Source: the human T2T-CHM13v2.0 reference genome, Homo sapiens. From it: a stretch of 64,000 nucleotides of DNA. The number at the start of each line of letters is the position of its first letter. Position 1 is the first letter of the stretch. Where the stretch lies: assembly GCF_009914755.1 (NCBI RefSeq), contig NC_060925.1; one strand, 5' to 3'. The notes beneath the pieces are model-generated. The model ran no database searches. It saw only the letters and a program-made list of their open reading frames with translations, and was not told the DNA's origin. The position numbers were made by a program, and so were the translations under genes. Positions 46,427-64,000 of this stretch are shown piece after piece.

Positions 46427-46801
46427 TAATAGAAATAAGCTAGAATTTATCAGACATAGTCTTTTCAATATATATTTTTACTTTTGATTTAAGATTTAGA
46501 TTTTTATAGTATTTTTAAGGATATTGTGAAAATGATATCAGTGCCTCAAAGCAACAAAGATTTCTCTAAGATTATCAACTTCTCATTTTATAGAATTATG
46601 GCTATGTTTAGTTTAGAGATCTTGATCCAATTCTGGTATCAATTCAGTACTTTGAATTTTGTTTTATAAAATGCACACTTATTTTTAAAAACTTAGTTTT
46701 TAATATATTTTTACTACCAGAACATCAGTTTATAGTACTTACTCTACCTAAAATTAGAAGATAGCTATTAATGAATGAGTTTTTTTTCTCTCCCTTCCCA
46801 G

Positions 46802-46950
46802 CAAGTTTCCTCCAAGCCTTTATGCTACCAGGATTTCTAAAGCACACCAAGAGGAAATAGCAGGTGCTTTCCTAGTGACACTGGATCCACTTATCAGTCA
46901 GCTGCTCACATTTCAGCCTTTCATGCAGGTGGTTTTGGACAGTAAATTAG
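46802..46950 (+). CDS. FIRRM: FIRRM exon 11: KFPPSLYATRISKAHQEEIAGAF...VLDSKL
   Basis: TTCCCAG / TAG|GTAAGC, 149 nt. Confidence 0.95.
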
Positions 46951-47090
46951 GTAAGCTTCAAAATAGATTTAATGATAAATCATCTATTATGACATGTTAG
47001 AGACACTGATTTCCCCTAGCCATTCTTTTTTACAATTAAGAAATTTTTATTAAGTTTCTTTTACTTTCTTTTCTTGAAACATATTTCTTA

Positions 47091-47420
<330 letters not shown>

Positions 47421-47461
47421 TCAGATTTCTGCTGAATTAATGTGTTTTTATTACATGTAAG

Positions 47462-47591
47462 ACCTGCCATGTGAACTGCAGTTTCCACAATGTCTTCTTC
47501 TGGTTGTTGTCATGGATAAGCTGCCATCTCAGCCTAAGGAAGTGCAAACCCTGTGGTGCACAGACAGCCAGGTCTCAGAAACGACAACCAG
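47462..47591 (+). CDS. FIRRM: FIRRM exon 12: (D)LPCELQFPQCLLLVVVMDKLP...SETTT(R)
   Basis: Unusual AAG acceptor and CAG|GTAGCA donor, 130 nt. These boundaries are required by frame continuity. Confidence 0.9.
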
Positions 47592-48125
47592 GTAGCAAAC
47601 ATGTTTTTATCCAGTCATATTACCAATGGTTAAGAAGGCCCTGTTGTTTGGAATGGTCTTGAAATTAAGTTTGTGTGTTTTTTTTTTAAATCAGATATTT
47701 ATGTTAATAGTTATTGTGTAGACACACATATATATTACTACTTTATAAAAGCAGATAAATATAAAATATATAAACCTATATTAGATGCTAAAAATATTTT
47801 AATATTTAATTTTGTTCAGTATTGCTTAATGGTCAGCATTATAAACATTGATTGTAATAGAGTAGCTATAAGTAGAAACATTTAAAAACGAGCTCTGATA
47901 AATAGAACACTAGACACTGTAAGGTATATCCTGGCAAATTTAACCTTTAATCATCTTCCTTGCCAACACCGTAGTCCAGGCTCTAGTTTCTTTCTTCCTG
48001 GATTACTCTGTGCTCTAATTTTTCACCTCTTCCTTTATCCCATTCTGCGTACCACGATGAGGTTAGTCTCCCTAAACCTGGCTCTGAGCTTCCTATTCTG
48101 CTCAAAAACTGAAACATAATGTTAG

Positions 48126-48597
<472 letters not shown>

Positions 48598-49013
48598 ATA
48601 ACTTGACTATTTTTAATTTGTTGTTTAAATCCTCTAAGTTTCTTCAACCATTTTAATCTTAAAATGACTCCTCGTCTGCTACTTATTTTCTGTTTTTCCA
48701 TATAATATCTAATTTAGCTATTTAAGTTTCAAGTTCCTTGAGGAACTTTGACTTTGTGTAACTCAGTACCAAGATAAACAGTTGGTAAATGATGCAAAAA
48801 ATGTCCAGGAAAATTCTCCTTTAAGGAATTTCTTTGACAGTGAATATATTTTCCTTTTATGTGTACATATTCACACGTGTTGGAAACTATTGCTGATTAT
48901 ACCTCTTGAAACATTTTCTGCTTAAACAACCTTCCATGTTACATATTATTATTATAATTGCTAATTAGTAAATGTTATTAATGTTGGGTTCAATGTTCTC
49001 AATTTCCCTGCAG

Positions 49014-49200
49014 GATATCTCTACTCAAAGCCGTTTTCTACAGTTTTGAGCAGTGTTCTGGTGAACTCTCTCTACCTGTTCATTTACAGGGATTAAAGAG
49101 TAAGGGGAAAGCTGAGGTGGCTGTCACCTTGTATCAGCATGTTTGTGTTCATCTGTGTACATTTATTACTTCCTTTCATCCCTCACTGTTTGCTGAACTG
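49014..49200 (+). CDS. FIRRM: FIRRM exon 13: ISLLKAVFYSFEQCSGE...HPSLFAEL
   Basis: CCCTGCAG / CTG|GTAAGC, 187 nt. Confidence 0.95.
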
Positions 49201-50009
49201 GTAAGCATATTACTTACTGTGCTAAGCTAAGGTTACACTTTTGCTTTCTCTTCATTGAAATTGTGATTCATATACAGAAGAAAATGTGGGAATACTTAGT
49301 ATATTCCTTTTGAGTGAAACTTAGTTGTGTCCTAGAAAATGGTAATCCCAGATTCCTGTATTATTTAGATCTAATATTTGGCTAAAATATTTGAGAAAAC
49401 ATTTTGGGTGGGGAGGTATGCAAAGACAATGTGAGAAGAGGAAAAATATGTAGTACTTAAGTAAGTTTCAAAAGAAAAGTAAATAGCTTGTAGTATCAGG
49501 TCTCTTATAGATCTCAGACATAATATAGATTTTAAAAAGGATAGAATTTGATTTGAAAAGAGGTTAAGAAATTCTAGGAATTCGATACTTGTAATATCTG
49601 AAATTTAAAGATCAGTAGCATTTCAGATATTACACAATATCTAGCACCTATTAAATGTTGTATGTGAATAAAGGCAGAAAGAGGAATATAAGCATATATG
49701 TTATTTATGTTGTTTTGAATATTTCAGGCTACTTAGAGAATCTTTGTGGATCCTAGTGACTGAGTTATTACATTTAAAATCATGTTGAACTCTCCATAGC
49801 ACAGCACAGTACTTAATGTATAGTAGGTGCTCAATAAATATTGAGGGAATGGCAGTGTCCTTTCAGATACTAGAAAGTAGAACTCCCCCATTGAGGATCT
49901 GTTATTTGGATTCTGATAGTGCTTTCTTGTTTTATTTTGAGAAATATAATATTATTGCTTATTGTGAACTTTAGTATTTAAATAAATTAATTTTTCTGTT
50001 TTTGATTAG

Positions 50010-50092
50010 GATGCTGCTCTGCTGAATGCTGTACTTAGTGCTAATATGATCACCTCTTTGTTAGCTATGGATGCATGGTGCTTCCTTGCTCG
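50010..50092 (+). CDS. FIRRM: FIRRM exon 14: DAALLNAVLSANMITSLLAMDAWCFLA(R)
   Basis: ATTAG / TCG|GTACAA, 83 nt; contains the conserved-looking WCFLAR motif. Confidence 0.93.
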
Positions 50093-50446
50093 GTACAACA
50101 TATTTGCTTTTTTGTTCTTTGGATTGGTTATTAGTAGTGACTGACAGTAGATAATTTTATAATTGTAAGCTTATAGAAAAACTGTTTCAATAATCCTTTA
50201 AAAATAATTCCCAAAACGCTTTGATTTCATATTACAGCATTAAATTAGGAAACAAGTTCTTTCTTTGGTTCAAGCCAATAGATGAGTACTGTTTAGGGAG
50301 TTTTGTATATTGTGATATTATTTGGTCATGGAAATAATGGCAGTTTTTAATGTCCTCATCAGAATATTTAGTGCTTTATGCAAGTTCATCTCCTTATGTT
50401 TCTGAGTAATTGTATAAACATAGTTGTCTTCTCTTTTATATTGCAG

Positions 50447-50498
50447 ATATGGGACTGCTGAACTGTGTGCACACCATGTCACCATAGTGGCTCATCTG
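50447..50498 (+). CDS. FIRRM: FIRRM exon 15: YGTAELCAHHVTIVAHL
   Basis: TTGCAG / CTG|GTGCGT, 52 nt. Confidence 0.93.
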
Positions 50499-51512
50499 GT
50501 GCGTAGAATTACAAGGCCTAAAACACCCACTTTCTATGCACTTCCTTTGGGGATATGATAATCTTTAAGAATGTGAATATCGGCGGGAGAAATATCACAG
50601 TAACAAGATTGTTTTGACAGTCTTTGTCTTGTATTAATGCTGATGCTTTTAAGAAGGATGTACTAAAAAACCGTTAGTGTGAAACTGGGAATGTTTTCTC
50701 ATATTCTCAGGATTTTATGTAATTTCAGTAATTGTTCTGGGAAGGAAAGACTGGGTTAATTGAAATTACATTTAAAATTGAATGCAAAGTAGAAAATAAG
50801 AGCGACTTATAATTGATGGCCAAGAGGTTTCTCTCTTCTGTCTCTCTAATATGCCTTAGACAAGTCGACTCTTGATTTTGTTGTATTTTTTTTTTAAGTC
50901 AAGATGATTTGAGAGGAACTTGAGTTTGACATTGATAGATACTTTTGGCAAAAGAAGTCATGTTTTATGAATGGGTACAGACAGAAAATTATTTTATAAT
51001 GATTTCATCTTCTTAACATTAACATTTTTTGCTTTTAAATTCTGAGGTGTTTTATGTGTTCCATATAAGATGATTATGACCTATTTGTTACATATTTTTT
51101 TCCCTGGCCTTTAAGATCTTATGTGGGCCATACATCTTTTGTTTTCTAATAGTCTTATTGTATCATATATTTCTTGGTTTACCTTTAAAGGATTTTGTAG
51201 ATCAGATCCAGTGAGGTGTGTAATAACCTGAACAGCTGACATCTATGTCTCCATGGCTGATGGTCTGGATTATCACTTACACACTTTACTAAATCCTTAA
51301 CATATCTTTCACAAAGCAGATAAAGAGTGATTTTTATGTTATGTGTTTTATGTCTGAAGTTTCCTTTAAATAAAAGCTTTCTTAGTGCATTATGTTGTAG
51401 GAATGGATTTCTTCTAGTTCATTATGATAAAATTGATTCCAGGATGGAATGATACTATATTATGATAGGAATTGATAAAATTGAATTTATAAAATTTTTT
51501 TGTTAGTGGTGG

Positions 51513-51810
51513 TTTTTTTCTTAGAGACAGGGTCTCATTCTGTCACCCAGGCTGGAATGCAGTGGTGTGCAATCATAGTTCACTACAGCCTCAAACTTCT
51601 GGGTGCAAATGGTCCTCCTCCCTCACCCTGCTGAGTAGCTGGGACTACAGGCATGCGCCACTATGCCCAGCTGATTTTTAAAACTTTTTGTGGATATGGA
51701 GTTCTTGCTGTGTTGCCCAGGCTAGTTTCAAACTCCCGGGCTCAAGCAGTCCTCCCACCTTGGCCTCCCAAAGTGCTGGGATTACAGTTGTGAACCACCA
51801 CACTCAGCCC
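51513..51810 (-). mobile_element. AluJ
   Basis: Diverged antisense Alu. Confidence 0.88.
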
Positions 51811-52167
51811 CTGTAACATCTTTTAATGAAGCTTCTGTCTTGTAGAGTTTTATCTACCTCTCTACTATTGTAGTTAGATCTTAAAAAGTTCCATGAATTG
51901 TCTTTGAGTAGGAGGACTGACATACCCAGTTATCATCAAAATGATAATTAGAAATAGAAATTACAGTGTTAAATATGTCAGAAGTTCAATCTCATTCTAA
52001 ATTTAGATTCATTGAAGATAAGAAAAGCCCCAAATTAAAAGTCAATATTACCTACAATCTTTTCCCCTAGAAAGAGCTGCTATTAATATTTTGGCATATT
52101 CTCTTCTTGTAAAAATTCTGATTCTAAATTAGTCAGTCTCTCCTCTCTCTCTCATGTCTTTTTCCAG

Positions 52168-52257
52168 ATAAAGTCATGCCCTGGAGAATGTTATCAACTC
52201 ATCAACCTATCAATACTGTTGAAGCGTCTCTTTTTCTTCATGGCACCACCCCATCAG
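52168..52257 (+). CDS. FIRRM: FIRRM exon 16: IKSCPGECYQLINLSILLKRLFFFMAPPHQ (GC donor)
   Basis: TTTCCAG acceptor; ends CAG|GCAAGG, 90 nt. Confidence 0.9.
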
Positions 52258-52348
52258 GCAAGGAAGGATATCATCTTTGTCACTGTCTGTGAAGCTGCTC
52301 AGAGTTGGATTCAGACTCCTTTGATAGCCTTTTTTTTTCCATTTTTAA

Positions 52349-52654
<306 letters not shown>

Positions 52655-53595
52655 TTGCCTCCATTTATTTTAAATTTAAATACTGGTGTGATCTAAGCAT
52701 AAATTTTTGACGTTGATTGCTGTGCTTGTTGCTGGGTATAGATTTTGATGTCCTTGCTTTGAGTTATAGATAATTATTCTAATTCTGTCTTCCTGAAATA
52801 GATCTTTCCCCTTATTTTTCATATATATTTGAGATACATGATATGAAATGGTTCTATATCCCCTGCCCCTTTTATTTTGAAGAGCTAGAATATTATTTTT
52901 GCTCTTAGTGGTCTTTACTTACATAAACCTGTATGGCCTAGTGCAGTCCCTCAGACTGGTCACATTGGAACTGTTGTAGGAGCTCTTTTAAAAATATAAG
53001 TTCCTGGACTCTAATCTGTGGATGGGTGGGTATGGAGGCATGGGTATGAAGTAAGGCTCAATAATTTGTTTTTGTTGGTACTATCATTAAGTTCCTGCGT
53101 GAGTCAGACTTGGATCTAAGCTTGGGAACCACTAGATTAGTGAAGAGGATTAGACTTTAAGGTCTTATGGTCCTCGGTTTGAATCCTGGCATACCATGAC
53201 CTTAGGCAAGTCATCCTTTCTGAACTTCATTTTCCTTGTCTGCAAAGCAGAAGATATGTATAACTATTTTGAAAAAGTTTGTAAAGACTTGGAAATAATA
53301 CATGCAAAACAGGATAGTGCTGGGTTTAAGAGGGTGCTCAGTAAATGCTAGGAGTTATTTCTGACTAGGTTTTTTGCCTCAAGTCCAAGTCTTTTCCTGC
53401 CCTAGAGTGGTTGGCCAGGAACCAGAGGTACTACACCTACCTCTTAGCCTTCTTTTCGTAGCCCCACCTATTAGCCCTCTAAGAGCATGGGGAGCTTGCT
53501 TGCTTACAAAAGAATTTTCTACTCCAGATATCTTAGAAGAAGTGGGACTGGGAGGGAAAGGGTCACATGTCATAAGACTTTAAGAAAGTCACTTT

Positions 53596-53598
<3 letters not shown>

Positions 53599-53626
<28 letters not shown>

Positions 53627-53740
53627 GAGACAGGGTCTGGTTATGTTGCCCAGGCTGGTCTCAAACTTGAACTCAGACGATCCTCCTGCCTCGGCGTCCC
53701 AAAGTGCTGGGATTAGAGGTGTGAGCTGTTGAGCTCAGCT
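53599..53740 (-). mobile_element. FLAM / Alu left monomer
   Basis: Poly-T plus monomer; TSD GTCACTTTCCTTTT. Confidence 0.85.
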
Positions 53741-56674
53741 GTCACTTTCCTTTTAACCTCAATTTTCTTATTTATACAACAGGAATAAAATTATTTTCCC
53801 AAGGTGGTTATGAAATTTTAACTTTTAAAATAATATAACTCAGAATGAATTAGCTATGAGGTCTAGAAGCAGTGTTCTAAATTAGATAAATTATAGTTTA
53901 TGCCTAGAGATCTCTTACTCTCAGTTTTCTAAATTTTTCCAAATAATTGAGACTATCAGATATGTAAATTATAGGTAAATGAGGGGTTACTTTTAATTTG
54001 TATCTTCAGTTATCAAATGCAGATTTTCTTTATGTACAAGTTATTGTGATAAAATTTAAGAAAACCTGAATCTGCATACCTATTTTAAGAGTCCTTAGGA
54101 GAGTTAATTATAAAATTGAGATAGATACTAATACTCATATGGCAGTTAAGAAACTTGATAAGATACACATATGGCATGAAAAGACCATTTAACAAATGTT
54201 AGGTCTCCTCTCCTGCTTGGCTCTTTTTTTTTAACCCCTTAAGACATTATCCTTTCTCTTAAATGAAGGAGGAAGGGAAATAATATTTTTGAGACTGTAA
54301 CAGGCCAGGCACTTAATTCATTTAGTCCTTACAGCAGCCTTGTGGGATAGATAATATTGTGTCCATTTGACAGATGAAGAAACAATAGCTCGAGGAAATT
54401 AAATAACTTCCACAAATTCACACCTAACAGCTGATCTGGGATGCTGAGGCAGGAGGATCAGAGGATCTTTTTATTTAGCCCAAAGTTCAAGTCCAGCCGG
54501 ACAACATAGCAAGACTGTCTTATTGTAAAAAAACAACTTGGAAACCACGGCACTATCTCATGATATCTTAAGGAACATAAAATCTAGTAGAAATTATAAA
54601 TTTATAAAGATACTCATATTAAAGAGTGGTTTGTGATGAATGCCAAAACTGAGGCACAAATCAAATGTTGTTGGGTGTTTGTAGCTGAGACAGTCATTTC
54701 TGAAGAGGTGCAGTATGGGAACAGGTAGGCATAGGAGTTGGAATTGATGGCATTTGAGTTACATGTTACAGGATGAATGTGGAAGGTGGTGGGACTAGAG
54801 AAGCAAAGGTAAGAAAGCATATTAGAGAAAAAAGGAGAAGTGAGCAATGAAACTTGAAATAATTATTCAACTATTTGCATACAAGATGGTGTCTTTTTAA
54901 ATAGTAAAATAAGAACCCAAATTTTTTTACGAGTGATGTCACCTTAACATAAATGAAAATAGTTAATCCCAATATGGTGATGATATACTTTAAAAAACAA
55001 AGGTGTCTATGATGCTAATTTGGAAGAAAATGCTAATAGAAAGATGTTAGAATGCATTTACTGTTCTAATAGGAGTAATTATTGAAATCACATTATTTCT
55101 TTTAGTATGTAACTATTAGTAGTATTCCATTGTATCAAGAAAAGCAAAAATACAAGGAGGTTACCTACTTGAGGGAAAAGTATTTAATATGCCTTATCTA
55201 AGCACACTGATAATTGTACTACCTTTTTAATGTAAAGTAAAAATTACTGTATTTGCATTTTAAACCCACAAGTGTATTTTTTCTCTTTCCAATTTTAAGA
55301 AGTCATAATTCTCTGTGTATTGTCCCCTTTTACTTTAGTCTTTTATGAACTATTTTGTCATAGCAGTTTTAAGTCTTTAGAATTGTGTTGAAACCAGGGT
55401 TTTCAACCTCAGAATAAATCTTGAACTCTTTCTATAACAAATTTTGGCAATACCTACCCTTTTATGTTGTCCAGGACATTATTTTTTTAGTTTCTATTTT
55501 GGAAAGGGAAGTAGTTCACTTACTTACTGGACTTTATTATAAAGAAAGGTGATATTTGAACTGATGTTTACCAGTTGGCACAGTTCTCTTGGCTTTCCTG
55601 ATGTAGTTTGGTTTTATGAATAAAGCTGCTTTTTGTAATAGACACTCGCTCATCAAGGGATCTGTTTTTCTGGCTGTAGCCTCTGTCACAGCAGATAGCC
55701 ACATGATTTCTAGCTTGCATTGACTGGTAAATATTTTCCACAAAAGAAATAAAATTGAAATACAAATATAGCATATGACAGAAAAGTTTCTCTGTCAGAT
55801 TTAATTTTTTTTTTTTTTTGGTGGGTTTTTAGTTTTTGGTATGGGAAAAGTTTTCATCAAGTAGATTTTGAATATTTTAAATTGAATTATTCTACTTCTT
55901 AGAAAATACACTAATATACTTCCTAGTTGGATTATACTTATTTTAATCATTAAATGCAGCATTGGTTTTTACCATTTTTCTACCAAAAACTGATTCAACA
56001 TTTAAACTGTTTCTTAGAACTTTTGTTTTCCATTTTTATCTAGTCTCTAACATCTGCATTTTAACAAAACAGTACTTTTCTGTTAACCTAGTAAGCACTT
56101 TGGTTATTTCAGTGGTGGAATGGATTTGCCAACCACGCTCTTTTTGATTTGTGGCTTACCTTTGTGAAACTGATTTAGTATGTTGTCTAAAGTAGGACAG
56201 AACCAGCTAACTCATTTGAAAGCTGAATCTTTGCTTCTTTAAGTTCTCTGCTATAATCAAGTGAGATAACAGTAAGCTATGAAGGTTGACTAAATCCAGT
56301 TTGTATATTTGGAATATCACTTTTGACTTAACTGTACAAGGTGACGAGTATATAGGAAAATAAGACTTATTGGTAAGTAGGAGCATGATAAGATATCTGA
56401 CATAACTAATAATGAAATACATTATTTAATGTCTTGGTGCATTTATATTGTGCTCCACTTAAGCTGTGTTTTTGTTTTGGAAACCAATGCAGCATCAATA
56501 ACAATAATAATAAAGCATGTTCATTTATGTTACCTTGGTCTGGAATGTAGATATTACCGTACCATTATAAAGCTTTCTCGAAATATTAAATGTGGAAACT
56601 AATACTTAGCTTTTGTGTATCCATTCCTCTGACTTGTCTCATGTTACTCTTCTTTCTTTAACAATTTATTTCAG

Positions 56675-56860
56675 CTGGAGTTTATCCAGAAATTTTCCCC
56701 AAAAGAAGCAGAAAATCTGCCTCTGTGGCAACATATTTCCTTCCAGGCGTTACCTCCTGAGCTTAGGGAACAAACTGTCCATGAGGTCACCACAGTAGGC
56801 ACTGCAGAATGCAGGAAATGGCTGAGCAGGAGTCGTACTTTGGGAGAACTAGAATCTCTG
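56675..56860 (+). CDS. FIRRM: FIRRM exon 17: LEFIQKFSPKEAENLPLWQH...GELESL
   Basis: TTTCAG / CTG|GTAAGA, 186 nt. Confidence 0.95.
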
Positions 56861-57691
56861 GTAAGATAATAATTTTGATTTATTTTATTCATTCAGCAGC
56901 TGTTTATTGAGCATTGTTTTAGGTACTGGGGTTAGGTTGTTAATAAGATGCACACACTCTCTGTTCTCTGTTTCTGTTAGAACCTAGTAAGATTTTCAGA
57001 TTTCTTCATTGTAAAAGAATCTGTGAGAAACTTAACTGTTATTTTAATTGATGTATTATATTGGGGGGTTGTTTCCTATGTCGCTTAAGGTATGTTGAGA
57101 CATGATCAAACACACTATGGAACACTTCACTTGTGTATTTTTGCTGATGTATCTCTGGATTATGCAGATGTAATTCTTCCATTCGACAAAATACAACCCC
57201 CATTTTATGCTAACTTACTCTGAACCTTTATGTACCTTTTACATAGAATGTTCCCTCATAAAATAATGGAATAATAAGAGACTTATCTACTAGAAGAAGT
57301 AGGAAATGTGAGATTTTTAAAAGTTGGCTGGATATAGTACATGTAGTTGAAATTTCGAGTTTAGTGTTCATATGCTCATTCATTCATTCAACAAATATAT
57401 TTGGAGTACTTTTATGTGCCACTTTGTTCTAGGCATTGGGGGTACATCGGGAACCAAAAATTTCTACTCTCATAGACTCACATTTGAGCTTAGCAGTGGA
57501 CAGTAAAATAAGAAATGCCAATTATGTTAAGTAGAGAAAAGCAAAGATAAGGATAGGGCATTCAAAGGGACAGAGGTCTATTTGCAGTTCTAAATTAGGA
57601 GTTCAGGTTTTTCTGAGGGCATATGTTTCCATGCTGAGTACAAATGTTCTGATACCGTTATATGTAATGACACTTGATCATAATTATTATA

Positions 57692-57986
<295 letters not shown>

Positions 57987-58151
57987 TTATCCAAAGGAAA
58001 TGTTTTTATGTGACTTTATTTTAGAAAAAGTATCAAATACCTAGTTAAGAATGGGTTAAATGTGTCCGAGTTTAGCATTTAATGTGTACCAATTTCTATA
58101 GTAAGGACAAAGGATGTTTTGTTTTATATTAGGTAAAGAAAAGCACTATAA

Positions 58152-61128
<2,977 letters not shown>

Positions 61129-61644
61129 GAACATGTTTATTTGTAAAAGGAAATAGGTAAATCTTAAGAAGTTGTATGGTAATTGCATAAAATTAAGTGT
61201 GGTTGTGTAAGTATAATAGATTCAAGGCATTCATTGTTACTGTTTATTACATTCTCATAAGACCTTCCCTGTACCCCCACCACACCTCAAACAACCTCAT
61301 TTCTGGCCAGAGAGAGAATTGAGTATTTTCACACATGGTAAAAGTTAATCCAGAAAACATTGCCTTTAGTTTCAAATACTAGTATTTTTTAAGTACTATC
61401 TTTGCTTATTAAATGCAGTGTTGCTGAGGCATTTAAAATTTTAAAACAACAGGAAAAATAAAAATCTAGTAACCTATAAAGATTGCTGGGTGCGTAATGT
61501 GAAAAAATAACTTTTTGTTGATGTATATTATAAATTAGCTTGATTATACTGGCCACTTGTATCAAAACTATTTATTAAAGTAGATTTCTGCTTCCATTTG
61601 GTAACTTTGGGTTACCAACATTTCACCCTAAAAGGAAGTTTATG

Positions 61645-61943
<299 letters not shown>

Positions 61944-62164
61944 TTAGAAAAATAAAGCAAATGTTTCTGTGTACAAGGAAAATTATTTTTAATATATACT
62001 TGTGTTAAATAGCTGAAAAGATGGCTTTGGCTCTTAGAAATATTATTCTACATGGACTTTATGAAGAGTTAAAAGTAACTTTTATAACCTCTAGTTAAGT
62101 CGGCTCTTGGTGGTGCTTTAGACTGGTGTTTAAACTCAAGTCCTTTCCTGTTTCTGTCCTTCAG

Positions 62165-62287
62165 AACACAGTACTGTCTGCTTTGCTTGCAGTATGTAAT
62201 TCTGCTGGTGAAGCTTTGGATACAGGAAAACAAACTGCAATTATCGAAGTTGTGAGTCAGCTTTGGGCTTTTTTAAACATTAAACAG
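62165..62287 (+). CDS. FIRRM: FIRRM exon 18: NTVLSALLAVCNSAGEALDTGKQ...LNIKQ
   Basis: CCTTCAG / CAG|GTAAGG, 123 nt. Confidence 0.95.
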
Positions 62288-63139
62288 GTAAGGAAAGCAA
62301 CTGATCCTTTCCTTATCAAAAAATAGAAAATATCAAAAAAAGAGGATTGTACTGAAATTTTCCAGTGTAGAGTAAAATGTATCTAATTCTTTTGGGTGCT
62401 TGGTAGACCTTTATAAGAACTTAAAGTACCTGTACTCTCTCACGCAGCTTTTTCAGAGTGTGATAGCATTATATTAGTAAAATCAGAATACGTAATGTGA
62501 TGGCAGTCCACCTACTTACTTTCCTAACTGGTTATACCCTTTCCCCACCTCCCCATCTCTTCCCCTATTGTTTCTGTTCTGTCTTAGGTTAATGTATCCT
62601 ATTTCTGTAATTCTAGGACCTTTAATAAATCTTTTGGGCAATGGAGAGTGAGCTGACTTAAAGGTGGAAAGGGCTAGTGAATGGATGTGGCTAATTTGTA
62701 TTTCTCTTTCCCAGCAAAGCCAAAAAGCCAAGTGATGATCTAAAACTAATGATATGCATCCCACACATGGTTGTACACGTGTTTCTTAGTTTGAAAATAT
62801 AGCCTGTTTGTTTTCTTTGACTAAGTAGAAATTAACATTGGCCTCTGGCAGCTAGAGGAAGCTAAAGGCAACAGCCATACTTTTGGGAAATGATAGATAT
62901 GATTTTACAGATAATGTTTTATTATTGTTTTTTATGGTCAGATTGCCCTACTGCAGTGTTTTGGCTTCAACAAATACTTTTCCTGATGTTCACAAATCAT
63001 TCAGTATTCATTCAGGATATCTGTGCTGGAGATATAGCTTACAATATTATAATGTAAACCAAAATTATGAAGAAGGGAAATGAAATTTTAAGATTACTAA
63101 GGAACATACAAGCCTTTCAGTGATAGACAAGTAATTAGA

Positions 63140-63365
63140 TCCCTTTTAGACTTAAATTTGGATTTCAGTCACAGCTCTGCTTTTTGTCCTAGCCATGTGA
63201 TCTTGAACAAATTGTTTAACCTCTTTGACCCTGTTTTCTTATCAGTAAAGTGAAGGTAATAATATCTACCTCATAGAGCTGTTTTGTAAGGCATAAATGA
63301 GGTAATAAATATAAAATACTTAACATATTACCTGATATATAATAAATGCTCAATAAAAGCTTGCT
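63140..63365 (+). mobile_element. MIR
   Basis: TGTGATCTTGAACAAATTGTTTAACCTCT...AATATCTACCTCATAG...TGCTCAATAAA. Confidence 0.7.
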
Positions 63366-63421
63366 ATTATTATTCTTATGTGATTGAAAATTTTTCTTCA
63401 AAATTACTTTGTGTTTCTTAG

Positions 63422-63517
63422 GTAGCAGATCAACCTTATGTTCAACAGACATTCAGCCTTTTACTTCCACTGTTGGGATTTTTCATTCAAACTCTAGATC
63501 CTAAACTGATACTTCAG
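63422..63517 (+). CDS. FIRRM: FIRRM exon 19: VADQPYVQQTFSLLLPLLGFFIQTLDPKLILQ (gene continues beyond window)
   Basis: TTCTTAG / CAG|GTAAGA, 96 nt. Confidence 0.95.
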
Positions 63518-64000
63518 GTAAGAATAATGACCAGATTGATACTTTGTTTGCTAAGGAGGTTGCTAAAACTGCTATCATGTAAAATAACTTTCTAGAAATA
63601 GTTCCTTTAAACCTCCTCTTGTTGTGTCATATATTGACTTGTCTTCATCAAGGATATCTCATTTCTCTTTCTTCCTTACAGTATTGTTAATATATGGCGC
63701 TGTTAATTCAGCCTTTATCTGTTCTTCTCTGTCACCCTATACTGAGCAGTCAATACTTTTTGTTATTACTGTTAACTACCCACTGCAAACCCCTGAGGTT
63801 AGGAGTCATAGTTCATGTGTTGAACCCTGCATTCATAGCAGTTTCAAAAGCATTTCAGCAGCTGTGGGAATGTGGAATCTAACCAGTGTGTATTAAAAGA
63901 TAGCACCTATTGTTTCTTTGAAAAAATAAAATTATTTTGAAAGAAGAGCACTGCTGAATTTCCTCTTTGGCCTCCAACTTACATGGCTAGGACAGGCAGA

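Overview
Human (primate) genomic DNA, recognisable as the 1q24 METTL18 / FIRRM (C1orf112) locus. METTL18 (minus strand; single coding exon 13474->12356, 372 aa) and FIRRM (plus strand) diverge from a CpG-island promoter at about 14.4-15.1 kb. I traced 19 FIRRM coding exons by hand. They splice into one uninterrupted 706-codon frame that starts at ATG 14882 and continues past the window end. The main feature is FIRRM intron 1, which carries two staggered sets of splice sites. A minor-spliceosome (U12) AT-AC pair (14993..18696) keeps ATG 14882 in frame and adds 58 N-terminal residues. A major-spliceosome GT-AG pair (14895..18634) turns that ATG into a 7-codon uORF and leaves the downstream ATG 20686. 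Intron 7 holds a candidate poison exon with two U11-type ATATCCTT sites, resembling a USSE feedback element. Intron 8 holds a ~6 kb MER41 endogenous retrovirus built like a retroposed mRNA (R-U5-internal-U3-R-polyA), with intact tandem GAS motifs. The remainder is typical repeat content: more than 25 Alus including an AluYb8, L1, L2, MIR, MLT1, ERV1 solo LTRs, Tigger2 and MER1B. Repeat subfamily names and their boundaries come from recognition by eye and are approximate. No CRISPR, rRNA or intact tRNA genes were seen.
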